In this document: in pieces, positions 63,109-64,000 of the stretch
How the letters are laid out: every line of letters begins with the position of its first letter
How positions within the stretch are numbered: the stretch's first letter is position 1
DNA from: an uncultured Eubacteriales bacterium
Lineage (GTDB): Bacteria; Bacillota; Clostridia; Christensenellales; CAG-138
DNA length: 64,000 nucleotides
NCBI GenBank assembly: GCA_942492885.1
Contig: OW818651.1
Location: 962,959 to 1,026,958, forward strand
Direction of reading: 5' to 3'
Position numbers and translations under genes: made by a program
Notes under the pieces: generated by a model
Database searches by the model: none
What the model was told of the DNA's origin: nothing
What the model saw: only the letters and a program-made list of their open reading frames with translations

Positions 63109-63126
63109 ATATGGAGGTGTACTGCC

Positions 63127-63669
63127 ATCGCTATCACGGAATTGATGATCAATGAAGAGATCCGTGACCCACAGGTCCGCTTAATCGGCGAAACAGGCGA
63201 CCAGCTCGGCATCGTAGATGTCCGCACGGCGCAAAAAATGGCCGATGAACGTGAGCTGGATTTGGTCAAGATCGCGCCCAACAGCACTCCGCCCGTCTGC
63301 AAACTCATGGACTACGGCAAATACCGTTTTGAAACGAGCAAGCGCGAGAAGGAACAGCGAAAGAATCAGAAGATCATCGAGCTCAAGGAGACGCGCCTTT
63401 CCGCAACCATCGACGTGCGCGACATGGAGATCAAAGCCAAGCAGACCGTCCGGTTTTTGGCGGACGGCGACAAGGTCAAGGTGTCCATCCGCTTCCGCGG
63501 CCGCCAGATCACGCATGGCGAGATCGGCATGGATGTGATGACCCGCTTCTTCGAGATGCTTGGCGACAGCGCGATCAAAGAGCGCGAGCCGAAGATGGAA
63601 GGCAGAAGCCTGTTCATGATTCTCGCTCCCAAGGCTGAGAAGAAACCCGCCGATAAAACGAATCCGTAA
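63127..63669 (+). CDS. infC: translation initiation factor IF-3
   Basis: ORF 63076..63669 with NEEIRDPQVRLIGETGDQLGIV and KLMDYGKYRFE. The track's GTG start lies inside the leader terminator. A non-AUG start ATC 63127/63133 sits 8-14 nt after ggagg; ATG 63145 is the conservative alternative. Confidence 0.9.
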   Translation: MAITELMINEEIRDPQVRLIGETGDQLGIVDVRTAQKMADERELDLVKIAPNSTPPVCKLMDYGKYRFETSKREKEQRKNQKIIELKETRLSATIDVRDMEIKAKQTVRFLADGDKVKVSIRFRGRQITHGEIGMDVMTRFFEMLGDSAIKEREPKMEGRSLFMILAPKAEKKPADKTNP

Positions 63670-63779
63670 GTTTCGCTCACAGGAGCGAGCAATAAATCTT
63701 AGCAATACAAACGTTTTCAGCTTCGCTCCCGGGAGCGATCAAAATATGATGTGAAGAAAGAACCAGGAGGAACCGACCC

Positions 63780-63977
63780 ATGCCAAAGTTAAAGACCCAT
63801 CGTGGAGCGGCAAAGCGCTTCTCCCTCACGAAATCGGGCAAGATCAAACGTAGCAAAGCTTACAAGCGCCATATCCTTTCCAAGAAGTCTACCAAGCGCC
63901 TGCGTGGTTTGCGTAAGACCGCCTATATTTCGGCTGTCGAAGAAAAGAAAATCCGCAAGCTTTTGCCGTACGCGTAA
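63780..63977 (+). CDS. rpmI: 50S ribosomal protein L35
   Basis: ORF 63780..63977; [14 protein letters not shown] is the canonical N-terminus. Confidence 0.95.
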   Translation: MPKLKTHRGAAKRFSLTKSGKIKRSKAYKRHILSKKSTKRLRGLRKTAYISAVEEKKIRKLLPYA

Positions 63978-63991
63978 GGAGGAAAAGAAGA

Positions 63992-64000
63992 ATGGCCAGA
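63992..64000 (+). CDS. rplT: 50S ribosomal protein L20, first three codons only
   Basis: ATG GCC AGA (M-A-R) lies 8 nt after aaggagg at the window edge. This matches the expected gene order and the canonical MAR start. Confidence 0.5.

Noticed and set aside
63076-63126. GTG 63076 as the infC start (as in the ORF track)
   Set aside because: These codons lie inside the leader terminator hairpin and upstream of the GGAGG RBS. The encoded MQHSLRPLFLFIWRCTA is not part of IF-3.

Overview
This is a 64-kb chromosomal window from a GC-rich Gram-positive-type genome. Rex, a two-subunit class I fumarase, an L20-leader infC-rpmI-rplT operon and many AGGAGG ribosome-binding sites suggest Clostridia, but that placement is an inference. 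I support about 55 protein genes, 2 tRNAs, 1 candidate structured RNA, several promoters and terminators, and a few repeat families. I saw no rRNA, CRISPR array, transposase or integrase.

Layout:
- 1-8.9 kb: housekeeping genes (apbE fragment, fumarase alpha/beta-purA-purB, an AraC regulator, rex plus an iron alcohol dehydrogenase).
- 9.2-11.3 kb: an orphan three-gene phage tail-fibre-like cassette.
- 11.4-12.7 kb: an NCS2 nucleobase permease with a long leader.
- 13.1-20.8 kb: an eight-gene minus-strand operon. It joins an FdrA/DUF1116/DUF2877 trio to a cysteine-less thiolase-fold protein, a DUF35 protein, a cyclase-family hydrolase and a GNAT-like protein.
- 21-35 kb: pfkA, a hydrolase, two surface-acylation modules, galM, rlmI, corA, a PAS-GGDEF protein and an SH3b wall protein.
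- 35.5-44.7 kb: an XRE/ImmA pair followed by an AT-richer rhamnose-type polysaccharide locus.
- 45.6-58.8 kb: a markedly AT-rich island holding only signalling genes (a CheR-like methyltransferase, two hybrid kinases, REC-PAS-GGDEF-HD-GYP and REC-GGDEF). It is bracketed by tRNA-Gln and a 28-nt copy of that tRNA's 3' end.
- 58.8-59.2 kb: a tRNA-Val / rod-like RNA / tRNA-Gln operon.
- 59.9-64 kb: a GyrI-like protein, a GDPD, an MFS transporter and infC-rpmI-rplT.

The best candidates for undescribed biology are the CheR-headed c-di-GMP phosphorelay island, which has no MCP, CheA, CheW or CheB, and the FdrA-trio/thiolase-fold operon.

Limits: most long ORFs antisense to these genes are GC-driven shadow ORFs and were rejected. 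Coordinates of non-coding features were indexed by hand and may be off by 1-2 nt. No database search, fold calculation or GC computation was possible, so all family calls rest on motifs I recognise.
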